From NCBI GenBank assembly GCA_965248055.1, contig CBDFIJ010000004.1, positions 3,232,001 through 3,296,000 on the forward strand: a stretch of DNA of 64,000 nucleotides, written 5' to 3'. This DNA comes from Candidatus Multivoradales bacterium. GTDB lineage: Bacteria; Acidobacteriota; Thermoanaerobaculia; Multivoradales; JAHEKO01. The notes beneath the pieces are model-generated. The model had not been told where the DNA came from. It made no database searches and saw nothing but the letters and a program-made list of their open reading frames with translations. The position numbers and the translations under genes are program-made. Of the stretch, positions 10,513 through 19,318 are shown piece by piece; the first letter of the stretch is position 1; each line of letters starts with the position of its first letter.

Positions 10513-11825
10513 TGTTCGACGCACTTCAAGATCGACTGCAGACGACTTTCAAGCGTTTGCGCGGCGAGGGTACGATCTCGGAAGAGGTCCTGAAGTCGGC
10601 GCTGCGCGAGATTCGGCTGGCATTGCTCGAGGCCGACGTTCACTTCTCGGTGACCAAAGATCTGCTCGCCTCGGTCGAGAGTGCGGCCCGGGATCAAAAG
10701 GTGTTCGACAGCCTGACCCCGGCTCAGCAGGTGGTCAAAATTGTGCGCGACCAATTGGCGACCGTCTTGGGCGAGGTCGGCACCGAACTGGTGCTCAAAG
10801 GACGCCCGGCAGTGATCGTCCTGTGTGGTCTGCAGGGGTCTGGAAAAACCACTACCAGCGGCAAACTGGCAGCGCGATTGGTGGCAGCGGGTCGTTATCC
10901 GCTCTTAGTCGCCGGTGACCTGCAGCGCGCGGCGGCAACCGAACAACTGCGCCAGGTCGCCGAGTCAGCCGAAGTCCCTGCGGTTCTCCCGGATTCTGGA
11001 GATGACCTCCTGGCAGTGGCCACGCGGGGTATCGAGCGGGCCAAGAACTCCGGACGCGACACCGTAATTATTGATACTGCAGGGCGCTTGCACGTGGACG
11101 ACGAATTGATGGCTGAAATCAGTCAACTGGTGGCTGCCGTTGAACCTTGTGAATGCCTGTTCGTGGCCGACGCCATGACCGGCCAGGACGCGGTCAAGAG
11201 CGCCAGCGCATTTGCAACCTCGCTGCCGCTCACCGGCATCGTACTTTCCAAGCTCGATGGGGACTCAAGAGGAGGAGCGGCGATTTCCATCCGTGCGGTG
11301 ACCGGAATCCCGATCCGTTTTGTCGGTACCGGCGAAAAGCAAGCCGACATAGAACTCTTTGACCCACAACGACTTGCATCCAGGATCACCGGCCTCGGCG
11401 ACGTCATGGCGCTGATCGAGAAGGCCGAAAAGGGACTGGATCGTGAGGACAGTCGTAAGCTGGCAGAAAAGATCTCCAAAGCCGAGTTCGATTTTGAGGA
11501 TCTACGCAGTCAGCTACGCCAGATGCGCAAGTTAGGGCCTCTCTCCCAGGTTCTAGAGATGCTGCCGCGACAGGCGATGGGCAAACTTGATCCCAGCTCC
11601 GTCGACGAGTCACGGCTCAACCTCGTCGAGGCGATCATCGACTCGATGACCCCGCTCGAACGCCGCACCCCGCGGCTGTTAAACGCTAGCCGAAAAAAAC
11701 GCATCGCCCGTGGTTCAGGAACCTCGGTGCAGGAAATCAATCAACTGGTCAAACAACTTCGTGAGACCAAGAAAATGATGAAAAGCATGCGCGGCAATTG
11801 GCTCAAACGTTTCGCACCGCGTTGA
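10512..11825 (+). CDS. ffh: Signal recognition particle protein
   Basis: Real start is MFDALQDRL at 10512; GLQGSGKTTT, DTAGR, KLDGD; the longer ORF from 9918 is an artefact. Confidence 0.96.
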   Translation: MFDALQDRLQTTFKRLRGEGTISEEVLKSALREIRLALLEADVHFSVTKDLLASVESAARDQKVFDSLTPAQQVVKIVRDQLATVLGEVGTELVLKGRPAVIVLCGLQGSGKTTTSGKLAARLVAAGRYPLLVAGDLQRAAATEQLRQVAESAEVPAVLPDSGDDLLAVATRGIERAKNSGRDTVIIDTAGRLHVDDELMAEISQLVAAVEPCECLFVADAMTGQDAVKSASAFATSLPLTGIVLSKLDGDSRGGAAISIRAVTGIPIRFVGTGEKQADIELFDPQRLASRITGLGDVMALIEKAEKGLDREDSRKLAEKISKAEFDFEDLRSQLRQMRKLGPLSQVLEMLPRQAMGKLDPSSVDESRLNLVEAIIDSMTPLERRTPRLLNASRKKRIARGSGTSVQEINQLVKQLRETKKMMKSMRGNWLKRFAPR

Positions 11826-11957
11826 CCGGTTCATCGTTCCACTTGGGCGATTCTTGATTTTCGTAGAGATTATGCTCGCGGGTTGTTACAATGCCGCGTT
11901 CCTGAGGCGCGAGTCATGTTGTTGCGCGGTTTCGGGATAAGACGGAGGACAGAACGA

Positions 11958-12200
11958 ATGTTGAAGATCCGGCTCCGCCGCATGGGATCGCGGCACAGGC
12001 CTTTTTATCGCGTAGTAGTTTCGGAATCACGAAATACTCCGACCGCCAGTGCGGTTGAGGAGATCGGTTTCTACGACCCAAGACAGAAACCGCCGTTGTT
12101 TAACGTCGATGGTGACCGGGTTGACTACTGGGTCAGCAAGGGCGCGCAGATGTCAGACACCGTTGGCCGCCTGGTGCGTGCCGGCTGCAAGGCCTCATAG
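11958..12200 (+). CDS. rpsP: 30S ribosomal protein S16
   Basis: MLKIRLRRMG..RPFYRVVV..GAQMSDTV; GGAGG RBS. Confidence 0.96.
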   Translation: MLKIRLRRMGSRHRPFYRVVVSESRNTPTASAVEEIGFYDPRQKPPLFNVDGDRVDYWVSKGAQMSDTVGRLVRAGCKAS

Positions 12201-12206
12201 GGATCT

Positions 12207-12452
12207 ATGGTGAGCACGGTACGGGAAGATCTTGCTGCTGTGGTGCGCGGCATTGTAGAAGACCGCGATGCGGTCTTGGTGGACGAACTGGAGGGTTCGG
12301 ACTCCACGGTTCTAGAGTTGCGCGTCGCCAATGATGATCTTGGCAAGGTGATTGGTCGTCAGGGGCGGATCGTGCGAGCCCTGCGCTCCCTGCTTAAGGT
12401 CCGGTCGGAGTCCGACCAGCGCATGTATGAACTCGAAATTGTCGAAGACTGA
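12207..12452 (+). CDS. khpA: KH-domain RNA-binding protein KhpA
   Basis: DLGKVIGRQGR GxxG motif; lies between rpsP and rimM. Confidence 0.88.
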   Translation: MVSTVREDLAAVVRGIVEDRDAVLVDELEGSDSTVLELRVANDDLGKVIGRQGRIVRALRSLLKVRSESDQRMYELEIVED

Positions 12453-13134
12453 CCGGTCTTCGATTTCTCTCGATAGCGAAACAGTGATGGTCGGGCGCAT
12501 TCGGCGCCCCCACGGCCTGGGTGGAGAAGTGATGGTCGAGTCGATGACCGACTCACCAGACCGCTATGCCAGTGGCGCGCAGATGCACGCCGTGCACGCT
12601 AACTCAGGCAAACGACTTACGTTGACGGTGGGTCAAGCTCGGCCTCATCGTGGGGCCTTGCGGGTAGCCTTTGAGGGCATTGCCGACCGCGATCAGGCGG
12701 AGACATTGCGCGACTTGTTGTTGGTCGTCGATCGTGCTCAGGTGCCTCCGGCGCCGGAGGGCGCGCACTACTATTTTGATTTGATTGGCTGCCAGTGTAC
12801 TGACCGCCAGTTGGGGCTGATCGGCGAAGTGGTGAAGGTGGTTGAAGACGGCGGTGGTATTTTGCTCTCGATTGCAGCACCGCCGATAACAGAGCCTTCG
12901 ATAGCACGGCCTTCAATGGCACCGTCCGGAGATGCGGACTCAGACACTGCACCAGGGTCTGCACCAGGGGCTGCACTATGGACTGGGGCCAGGACTGTGC
13001 CAAGGACTGCGCCAGGGAGCGCGATCTTGATCCCCTTCGTCGACGCCTACCTAATATCGGTCGACACCGAAAACAAGTCTATCGAGGTCGATCTGCCCTC
13101 GGGACTGGTCGAAATATGCACTTCCAAGTCGTAA
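12439..13134 (+). CDS. rimM: Ribosome maturation factor RimM with a low-complexity insertion (start uncertain, 12439 or 12487)
   Basis: VGRIRRPHGLGGEV, YYFDLIGC, LIPFV..IEVDLP; operon position. Confidence 0.88.
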   Translation: MSKTDRSSISLDSETVMVGRIRRPHGLGGEVMVESMTDSPDRYASGAQMHAVHANSGKRLTLTVGQARPHRGALRVAFEGIADRDQAETLRDLLLVVDRAQVPPAPEGAHYYFDLIGCQCTDRQLGLIGEVVKVVEDGGGILLSIAAPPITEPSIARPSMAPSGDADSDTAPGSAPGAALWTGARTVPRTAPGSAILIPFVDAYLISVDTENKSIEVDLPSGLVEICTSKS

Positions 13135-13847
13135 GTATTTTTCCGGAGTTATTCCAGCCGTTTCTCTCCACCAGCTTGGTGGGGCGGGCGATTGATTCCG
13201 GCAAGATGTCGGTTGCGGTGCATGATCTCAGATCATTTACTACTGACCGGCATCGTGAGGTTGACGACGAGTCCTATGGCGGTGGTGGTGGCATGGTGAT
13301 GAAGGCTGAGCCGTGGCTGGCCGCGGCAGATCGGTTGGCCGGCGAATTTCGACGGGTGTTGTTATCGCCGCAGGGGGCGCGCCTGAACGAGGCAGGAGTT
13401 CGGCGCCTTGCCGACTACCCCGGTTTATTCCTGATGTGCGGCCGCTATGAGGCGATCGACGAACGCGTCTTGGAGAGTGTGGTTGACGAAGAGGTTTCGA
13501 TCGGTGATTTTGTACTCTCGGGCGGAGAGTTGGCGGCAATGGTCCTGATCGAGGCGATCTCACGCCAGATCCCCGGGGTGGTTGGACTCGCGGAATCGGT
13601 CGAAAACGACAGTTTTCGCGACGGACGTCTGGATCACCCGCACTACACTCGACCTCGCGAGATTCAGGGCATGGGCATTCCCGATGTCTTGCTCTCTGGG
13701 GACCACGCGGCGATCGAGCAGTGGCGCCGAGAACAGAGCCTACTGGCGACCGCTCGAAAGCGCCCTGATCTGTTGGCGAGAATGGAGTTGAGCGCCGATG
13801 AGGTCGGGGTTCTTCGGCGTGCCGGAGTCGATCTGGGTGATGGCTAG
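13116..13847 (+). CDS. trmD: tRNA (guanine37-N1)-methyltransferase
   Basis: VDDESYGGGGGMVMK, LSPQG, CGRYEAIDER, SIGDFVLSGGE, HYTRP. Confidence 0.96.
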   Translation: MHFQVVSIFPELFQPFLSTSLVGRAIDSGKMSVAVHDLRSFTTDRHREVDDESYGGGGGMVMKAEPWLAAADRLAGEFRRVLLSPQGARLNEAGVRRLADYPGLFLMCGRYEAIDERVLESVVDEEVSIGDFVLSGGELAAMVLIEAISRQIPGVVGLAESVENDSFRDGRLDHPHYTRPREIQGMGIPDVLLSGDHAAIEQWRREQSLLATARKRPDLLARMELSADEVGVLRRAGVDLGDG

Positions 13848-13921
13848 TTCGGATGACCTCAGCTCTGTTATGATTTGCGGCTCGGTCTGCCCGTGGCAGG
13901 CTGACTGACTTTCAAACAGGA

Positions 13922-14293
13922 ATGACAGCGATGAACGATCTGCAACGAGTAGAACAGGAATATTTGCGCGACGATCTCCCCGAGTTTCGTGCTGGCGATA
14001 CGGTTAAGGTCCACGTCCGAGTCCGCGAGGGCGGTAAGGAGAGGATTCAGATGTTCGAGGGAGTTGTTATCTCTCGCCGTGGTGGTGGGACTCGGGCTAG
14101 CTTTACCGTCCGCAAGATGTCCTCAGGGATCGGAGTTGAGCGCGTCTTTCCTCTGCACTCGCCCAGTGTTTCCAAGATTGAGGTGGTCAGGAAGGGCAAG
14201 GTTCGGCGAGCCAAGTTGTACTATCTTCGAGGTCTCCGCGGTAAAGCGGCCCGTATCGAAGAGCGCCGAGACGACCTGAATAAGCCTTCGTAG
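13922..14293 (+). CDS. rplS: 50S ribosomal protein L19
   Basis: [34 protein letters not shown]. Confidence 0.98.
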   Translation: MTAMNDLQRVEQEYLRDDLPEFRAGDTVKVHVRVREGGKERIQMFEGVVISRRGGGTRASFTVRKMSSGIGVERVFPLHSPSVSKIEVVRKGKVRRAKLYYLRGLRGKAARIEERRDDLNKPS

Positions 14294-14322
14294 CGTCGGC
14301 TCGCCACTCCGCGACCAGCACC

Positions 14323-14967
14323 ATGCCTTGGTCGCCTTTTTTTTCTGAGTTAGCTCGCCAAACCTGGTATCGCGGGATCGATGACCGCGTTCGCCACACC
14401 TATGGCCCACTGGTGGCGGGTGTTGATGAGGTTGGGCGCGGTTGCTTGGCCGGCCCTGTAGTGGTCGGTGCGGTGGTATTACAGCCGGGCGCGACCGTGC
14501 CCGGAATCGACGACAGTAAACAGTTGACTGCCCGACGCCGGACTGTGGTCGCACGGATAATCCGCGGGCAAGCTTTAGCTTGGAAGGTTGAATTTCGCAG
14601 TTCTGCTCGCATCGATTCAATCAACATTTTGCAGGCGACGCGGGAGGCGGCAACCGCGGCAGTTCAAGGCCTGGACCGCCAACCACACGCGGTGGTAACT
14701 GACGCACTGCGCCTCGACGGGCTGTCGATGCCGGTGGTACCGGTGGTGCGCGGAGACAGCTTGTCAATGTCGGTGGCGGCGGCCTCGGTGTTGGCGAAAG
14801 TGGAACGAGATGCCTGGATGAGCAATCTAGACCGTGACTTTCCGCACTACCGATTCGGCGATCACAAAGGTTATGCTTCGCCGGTGCATCTAGACGCATT
14901 GCGTCGTTTTGGACCTTGTCCGGCGCATCGCTTGACCTTTGCGTCGGTCGTGCCGAGAACGGACTAA
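14323..14967 (+). CDS. rnhB: Ribonuclease HII
   Basis: AGVDEVGRGCLAGPV, DSK, AAASVLAKVERD, HKGY. Confidence 0.95.
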   Translation: MPWSPFFSELARQTWYRGIDDRVRHTYGPLVAGVDEVGRGCLAGPVVVGAVVLQPGATVPGIDDSKQLTARRRTVVARIIRGQALAWKVEFRSSARIDSINILQATREAATAAVQGLDRQPHAVVTDALRLDGLSMPVVPVVRGDSLSMSVAAASVLAKVERDAWMSNLDRDFPHYRFGDHKGYASPVHLDALRRFGPCPAHRLTFASVVPRTD

Positions 14968-14974
14968 CATCGTT

Positions 14975-16864
14975 TTGAGTCAATCAATCAAGAACTCCGT
15001 TGAGCTGGCCGATCAATTGGTCAATCAAGGAAGAATTCGTGACGCTATAGAGGTGTTGCGCGAGATATTGGAATCCAACCCGGATGATCGGCGAGTGCTC
15101 AATCGGCTGGGCGATCTGTACGTGGCAGCTAAGGAGCCCGGACGTGCGATCGAACTGTATCGGCGGGTTGCCCAAGGGTTTGAACGCGACGGCATGGCGA
15201 CCAAGGCGATCTCGTTGCTCAGGAAAGTGGTGCGTATCGACGACAGTCAATGGGATGTCTATGAGCGGCTGGGAGATCTTTACCGCGACCAGCAACTGCC
15301 TTTTGAAGCCGCGGCGCAGTACCAGACTGTGGCTGAAGGCCTGCATCAATCGAAGGACTACCGATCTGCCATTCGGGTGCAACGCGAAGTTGTCGCCTTG
15401 CGGCCGAAGGACGCTGCAGCCCATGCTCGCTTGGCTGATTTCTGTTCCCAGATCGAGGACAGCGAGGGCTCGCGCCAGGCTTATTCTGAGATCGGAAAAT
15501 TGATGCTTGAGGCTGGGCAACCAGAGCAGGCGCTACGGGTCTACTCTAAGGTGCTCGAAGCGGACTTCGATGCCCAGTTTGCCGAGCGCTCGGTGGAGCA
15601 ACTCAAGAAATCCGATCAGAACGGACTTGCCGCCAGATTGGCAATGCGGGCACAGCAACTGAGCGGCGAAGCCGTTCCTGAGGATAATGATGAAAGCCGC
15701 GCACAGGTGGTGCCGTCGCGATCGACCACGGCGAGAAAGGAAGTTGACCTAGCCAGCGACGGGTTAGAAACGGTCGAGTTGGAAGCGGTCGGTCCAGAAG
15801 CGGTTGACCTGGAGGTAGCACAGCCTGAACAGGCGCCGCAGAGTTCGGTTGATGTCTCCTTGGACGATGCTTTAGCGGTGGCTGGCACTGCAGAGGGTGA
15901 CCCTGCTGAGGGCGCGAACCCTGCTGAAGAGGGAATGATTTTTGACATCGATTTGGCCGAGCTGGGTCAGGATACGCGCGGCGATGTGTCGTCGGTTGAA
16001 GCCGAGCCAACCGTGTTCGAGCTGACCGATGGGCCGGCGCCCGAGCCCGATATCGAGACTCAAAGCGGTGAGCTCGATGCCGAGTTGCAAGCGTTGATGG
16101 ACGACGCCGAGCGAGAGATTGTTGCAGGGAATCTAGACCGCGCACTATCCCGGCTGACCACGATTCGCGGTAGCGCTGGCAACAATCCCCGGTTTAGGGG
16201 CCTTTGGCATCGAGTTAACCATCCCGATGATCCGGTAATCCCCACAGAGCCTCCAGTGCAGCCGTTGGTTGAACAGCCACGGGTTGAGATGCCGTCAGTT
16301 GAAACGCATCCCATCGAGGCGCCGCTGCTGTCGGCCGACCTCGCGTCACCCGGCAGCCAAGCCCAAGATCTTCGCGTGATCGGCGCCGAGGTGGATCGCG
16401 GGATTGCCGATGCTGGTTCAGGCATCGAAACTGAGCCCGAGTCAATTGAAGACATCGTTACTGGTTTCACCAAGGGATTGGCCGAGGCGCTGTCGCCGGA
16501 GGACTACGATACCCACTACAACCTGGGTATCGCCTACCAAGAGATGGGATTGGTGGATGAGTCGATTGGCGAATTTCAAATTTCCGCCAAGTCCCCGGAG
16601 CACTTGGTTGAGTCGGCCGCAATGTTGGGGTTGGCCTTTCGCCAGCGCGGGCTCCACGATCTGGCCTTCGAGTGGTACCAACGGGCTCGTTCCTGTGAAG
16701 TCGCGACCGATGAGCAGCAGTTGGCGATGCGCTACGAACAGGCTGAGACCCAGCTTGAAGCCGAAGAAGTGGAGCAGGCGTACCAACTATACCGAGAGAT
16801 CTACGGGATCGATTCGACCTATCGCGATGTTGCCCAGCGGATTGACGATCTACGCACCGCATAG
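14975..16864 (+). CDS. TPR protein with acidic central linker (start uncertain)
   Basis: N-terminal TPRs, D/E/P-rich linker, C-terminal TPRs (EDYDTHYNLGIAYQEMG). Confidence 0.8.
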   Translation: MSQSIKNSVELADQLVNQGRIRDAIEVLREILESNPDDRRVLNRLGDLYVAAKEPGRAIELYRRVAQGFERDGMATKAISLLRKVVRIDDSQWDVYERLGDLYRDQQLPFEAAAQYQTVAEGLHQSKDYRSAIRVQREVVALRPKDAAAHARLADFCSQIEDSEGSRQAYSEIGKLMLEAGQPEQALRVYSKVLEADFDAQFAERSVEQLKKSDQNGLAARLAMRAQQLSGEAVPEDNDESRAQVVPSRSTTARKEVDLASDGLETVELEAVGPEAVDLEVAQPEQAPQSSVDVSLDDALAVAGTAEGDPAEGANPAEEGMIFDIDLAELGQDTRGDVSSVEAEPTVFELTDGPAPEPDIETQSGELDAELQALMDDAEREIVAGNLDRALSRLTTIRGSAGNNPRFRGLWHRVNHPDDPVIPTEPPVQPLVEQPRVEMPSVETHPIEAPLLSADLASPGSQAQDLRVIGAEVDRGIADAGSGIETEPESIEDIVTGFTKGLAEALSPEDYDTHYNLGIAYQEMGLVDESIGEFQISAKSPEHLVESAAMLGLAFRQRGLHDLAFEWYQRARSCEVATDEQQLAMRYEQAETQLEAEEVEQAYQLYREIYGIDSTYRDVAQRIDDLRTA

Positions 16865-16961
16865 CCCTGACACCGCATAGCCCCAGTACTGCACAGCCCA
16901 GGAACTGAACATCGAGGTCTCGCGTCATTACGATTGGTGTCTCGGGCGATAGAGCAACGGC

Positions 16962-18218
16962 TTGAGGGTGCTTATCCTCGCCCGCCGTGTTGGGCACCTC
17001 GGTCCGACCGAGGGCCGGATAGACTGGGTAACGATGACGACCCGCTGCTACAACGACCAGACAAATCCGGTACGCCAAACTACCTCGGTAAGCCAGACTA
17101 ACCCTGGGCGGCGAACAGGTTTTTCTGTGGGGCTAGCCCGTTGGGGACTCGCGGTTTGTGCCGCCGGTGTGCTGTTTGCGTGCAGCGACGGAAGTCGACT
17201 TCGGGGATTTGAACCGCTCGCCGCCCTGGTAGCGATCCAACCGGAAGGCGAGAGCGTTGCTTCGGTTCGGATGCACCAACTTCCAAGTGGTCACAAATTT
17301 TCTCTGCATGCCGTTGTTCGAGCACAGCGAGATGGGGAGATTGTCTATTTCACCGATGCTCCGGCGCTCGAAATCGAAGGAAACACGCTGACCGCACCCC
17401 AGGTGCGACCCTGGCCCGACAGTCGCACCACCCGAGTGCGCTGGTTCACCATCGAAGGGTCGCCACCCTTTATCGAGTGGGAGAAAGGGCGGCGTTTCCC
17501 ACGTCATCAAGTGGTCTTTCGTCCTGACTGGGGCAGCGGGTGGAGAATTCCGGGAGACGTTCGTCCCGGTAACTCCAACCTGGCGTTCGGGGCAGAGGGT
17601 TTTGGCCCTACTTCCTTCGGCACTGCCCGCTACTACGTAAGGGTTGAGACCTACGCGCGCGGCAACAGGTTGGCGCCTGAGGCTCGATTCGAGTCGCCGT
17701 CGCTGGTTGCGGGTGAGTTTGAGATCGATCCAGCGGTCCCTGGCGTTGTCATAAACCTTGCGGCCCCGCTAACTGTTCCGTCTCAGGTGTTTGGCTTGGC
17801 GCAAGTCGAGGGGCTACCGCCGGAACCGCAGATTCTGAAGGAATTCCAAATCCAAGCGAAGAATCGGATGACCTTCTCCAGCGCGTGGGTGTTGAACGGA
17901 TTTTTGTCGTCAATTGGCCATAACTGGGAAGACCTTGAGTGGTCGCCGCTGGACTTGTCTGGCGAAGAGCGCCAAGTCCCGTGGGGAACAGAAGTGAATC
18001 CGGGCGACTTATTGCGGGCTGGGGGCAGGGTGGTCTTCGTCTTCCAGGATGTCTCGCAGGCGAGATCGACAGACCAGGGTCTCGAACCTGCGAAGCCTGG
18101 GGTGGTTGATTACGGTGACTTGTGTTTGGACTTTTCGCGTGGCGCCTCCGTACGCCGCTTAGATGAAGTCTTCAGTGGTGGTGGGCAAGTCGAGTGGGCG
18201 CGGGTCGCGCAACGGTAG
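16962..18218 (+). CDS. Hypothetical protein, possible lipoprotein (start uncertain)
   Basis: 418-aa ORF filling the gap; hydrophobic stretch ending in LFAC resembles a lipobox. Confidence 0.55.
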   Translation: MRVLILARRVGHLGPTEGRIDWVTMTTRCYNDQTNPVRQTTSVSQTNPGRRTGFSVGLARWGLAVCAAGVLFACSDGSRLRGFEPLAALVAIQPEGESVASVRMHQLPSGHKFSLHAVVRAQRDGEIVYFTDAPALEIEGNTLTAPQVRPWPDSRTTRVRWFTIEGSPPFIEWEKGRRFPRHQVVFRPDWGSGWRIPGDVRPGNSNLAFGAEGFGPTSFGTARYYVRVETYARGNRLAPEARFESPSLVAGEFEIDPAVPGVVINLAAPLTVPSQVFGLAQVEGLPPEPQILKEFQIQAKNRMTFSSAWVLNGFLSSIGHNWEDLEWSPLDLSGEERQVPWGTEVNPGDLLRAGGRVVFVFQDVSQARSTDQGLEPAKPGVVDYGDLCLDFSRGASVRRLDEVFSGGGQVEWARVAQR

Positions 18219-18310
18219 AATTGCAGCGCAGGGATCGACGGAACATTCAGAACAATAAATTGCAAGCGACGAGCCTGCGTGTATTAAGCGATTCAGAAGA
18301 GGGAACACAG

Positions 18311-19318
18311 ATGGCGAAGACAATAACTTTGATCGAGGGTGATGGTATCGGCCCGGAGGTGGTTGCTGCGGCGATTCGCATTTTGCAGGCTGCCGGAGCG
18401 GAGTTTGACTGGGACCGACAGGTTGCCGGTCAACTGGCGGTCGACAAGGGGCTCAAACCGCTACCCGACGAGTTGATTGACTCGATCAAGAGCACCGGCA
18501 TCGGTTTCAAAGGGCCAGTGACCACTCCGGTCGGTGGTGGTTTTCGCTCGGTTAACGTCGAACTTCGTAAAACGCTCGACCTTTACGCCAACCTGCGCCC
18601 GGTCCGGTCGTTACCGGGCATCGCCGAGAGGTTCACCGGGGTTGACTTGGTGGTGGTGCGGGAAAACACCGAGGGCTTGTATTCGGGTATAGAGCATCAA
18701 GTAGTTGAAGGAGTTGTCGAAAGCCTCAAGATCATTACCCGGAAGGCCTCGACCCGGATTGCTAAGTTTGCTTTTGAACATGCCCGGAAACATGGCCGGC
18801 GACGGGTCACTGCGGTGCACAAAGCGAACATCATGAAGCTCTCGGATGGTCTGTTCTTGCAGTGTGTGCGGGAGGTCGCCGAGGACTACCCGGAGATCGA
18901 ATGCGACGATCGCATCGTCGATGCGATGTCGATGCATTTGGTAATTCGGCCCGAAACCTATGACGTCTTGGTATTACCTAACTTATATGGAGACATTGTT
19001 TCCGACTTGGCTGCCGGACTGGTGGGAGGTCTGGGGATCGTTCCCGGGGCCAATATTGGCGAGCTGGAGTCGGTGTTCGAAGCGGTGCACGGCAGTGCTC
19101 CCGATATCGCCGGGCAAGATATCGCCAACCCAACGGCGGTGCTCCGTTCTGGGGTGCTGATGCTGCGCCATCTCGGAATGAACCAGGAGGCGGAGAGAAT
19201 TTCTACTGCGACCCTTCGTTTATTCAAGCGCCGAGAGCATCTCACCCGCGATGTGGGCGGCAATGCCAGCACTACCGAGTTCACCGACGCGGTAATTCGA
19301 GAGATGGAAGCGGCCTAG
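18311..19318 (+). CDS. Isocitrate/isopropylmalate dehydrogenase family, NAD-IDH-like
   Basis: [52 protein letters not shown]. Confidence 0.88.
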   Translation: MAKTITLIEGDGIGPEVVAAAIRILQAAGAEFDWDRQVAGQLAVDKGLKPLPDELIDSIKSTGIGFKGPVTTPVGGGFRSVNVELRKTLDLYANLRPVRSLPGIAERFTGVDLVVVRENTEGLYSGIEHQVVEGVVESLKIITRKASTRIAKFAFEHARKHGRRRVTAVHKANIMKLSDGLFLQCVREVAEDYPEIECDDRIVDAMSMHLVIRPETYDVLVLPNLYGDIVSDLAAGLVGGLGIVPGANIGELESVFEAVHGSAPDIAGQDIANPTAVLRSGVLMLRHLGMNQEAERISTATLRLFKRREHLTRDVGGNASTTEFTDAVIREMEAA

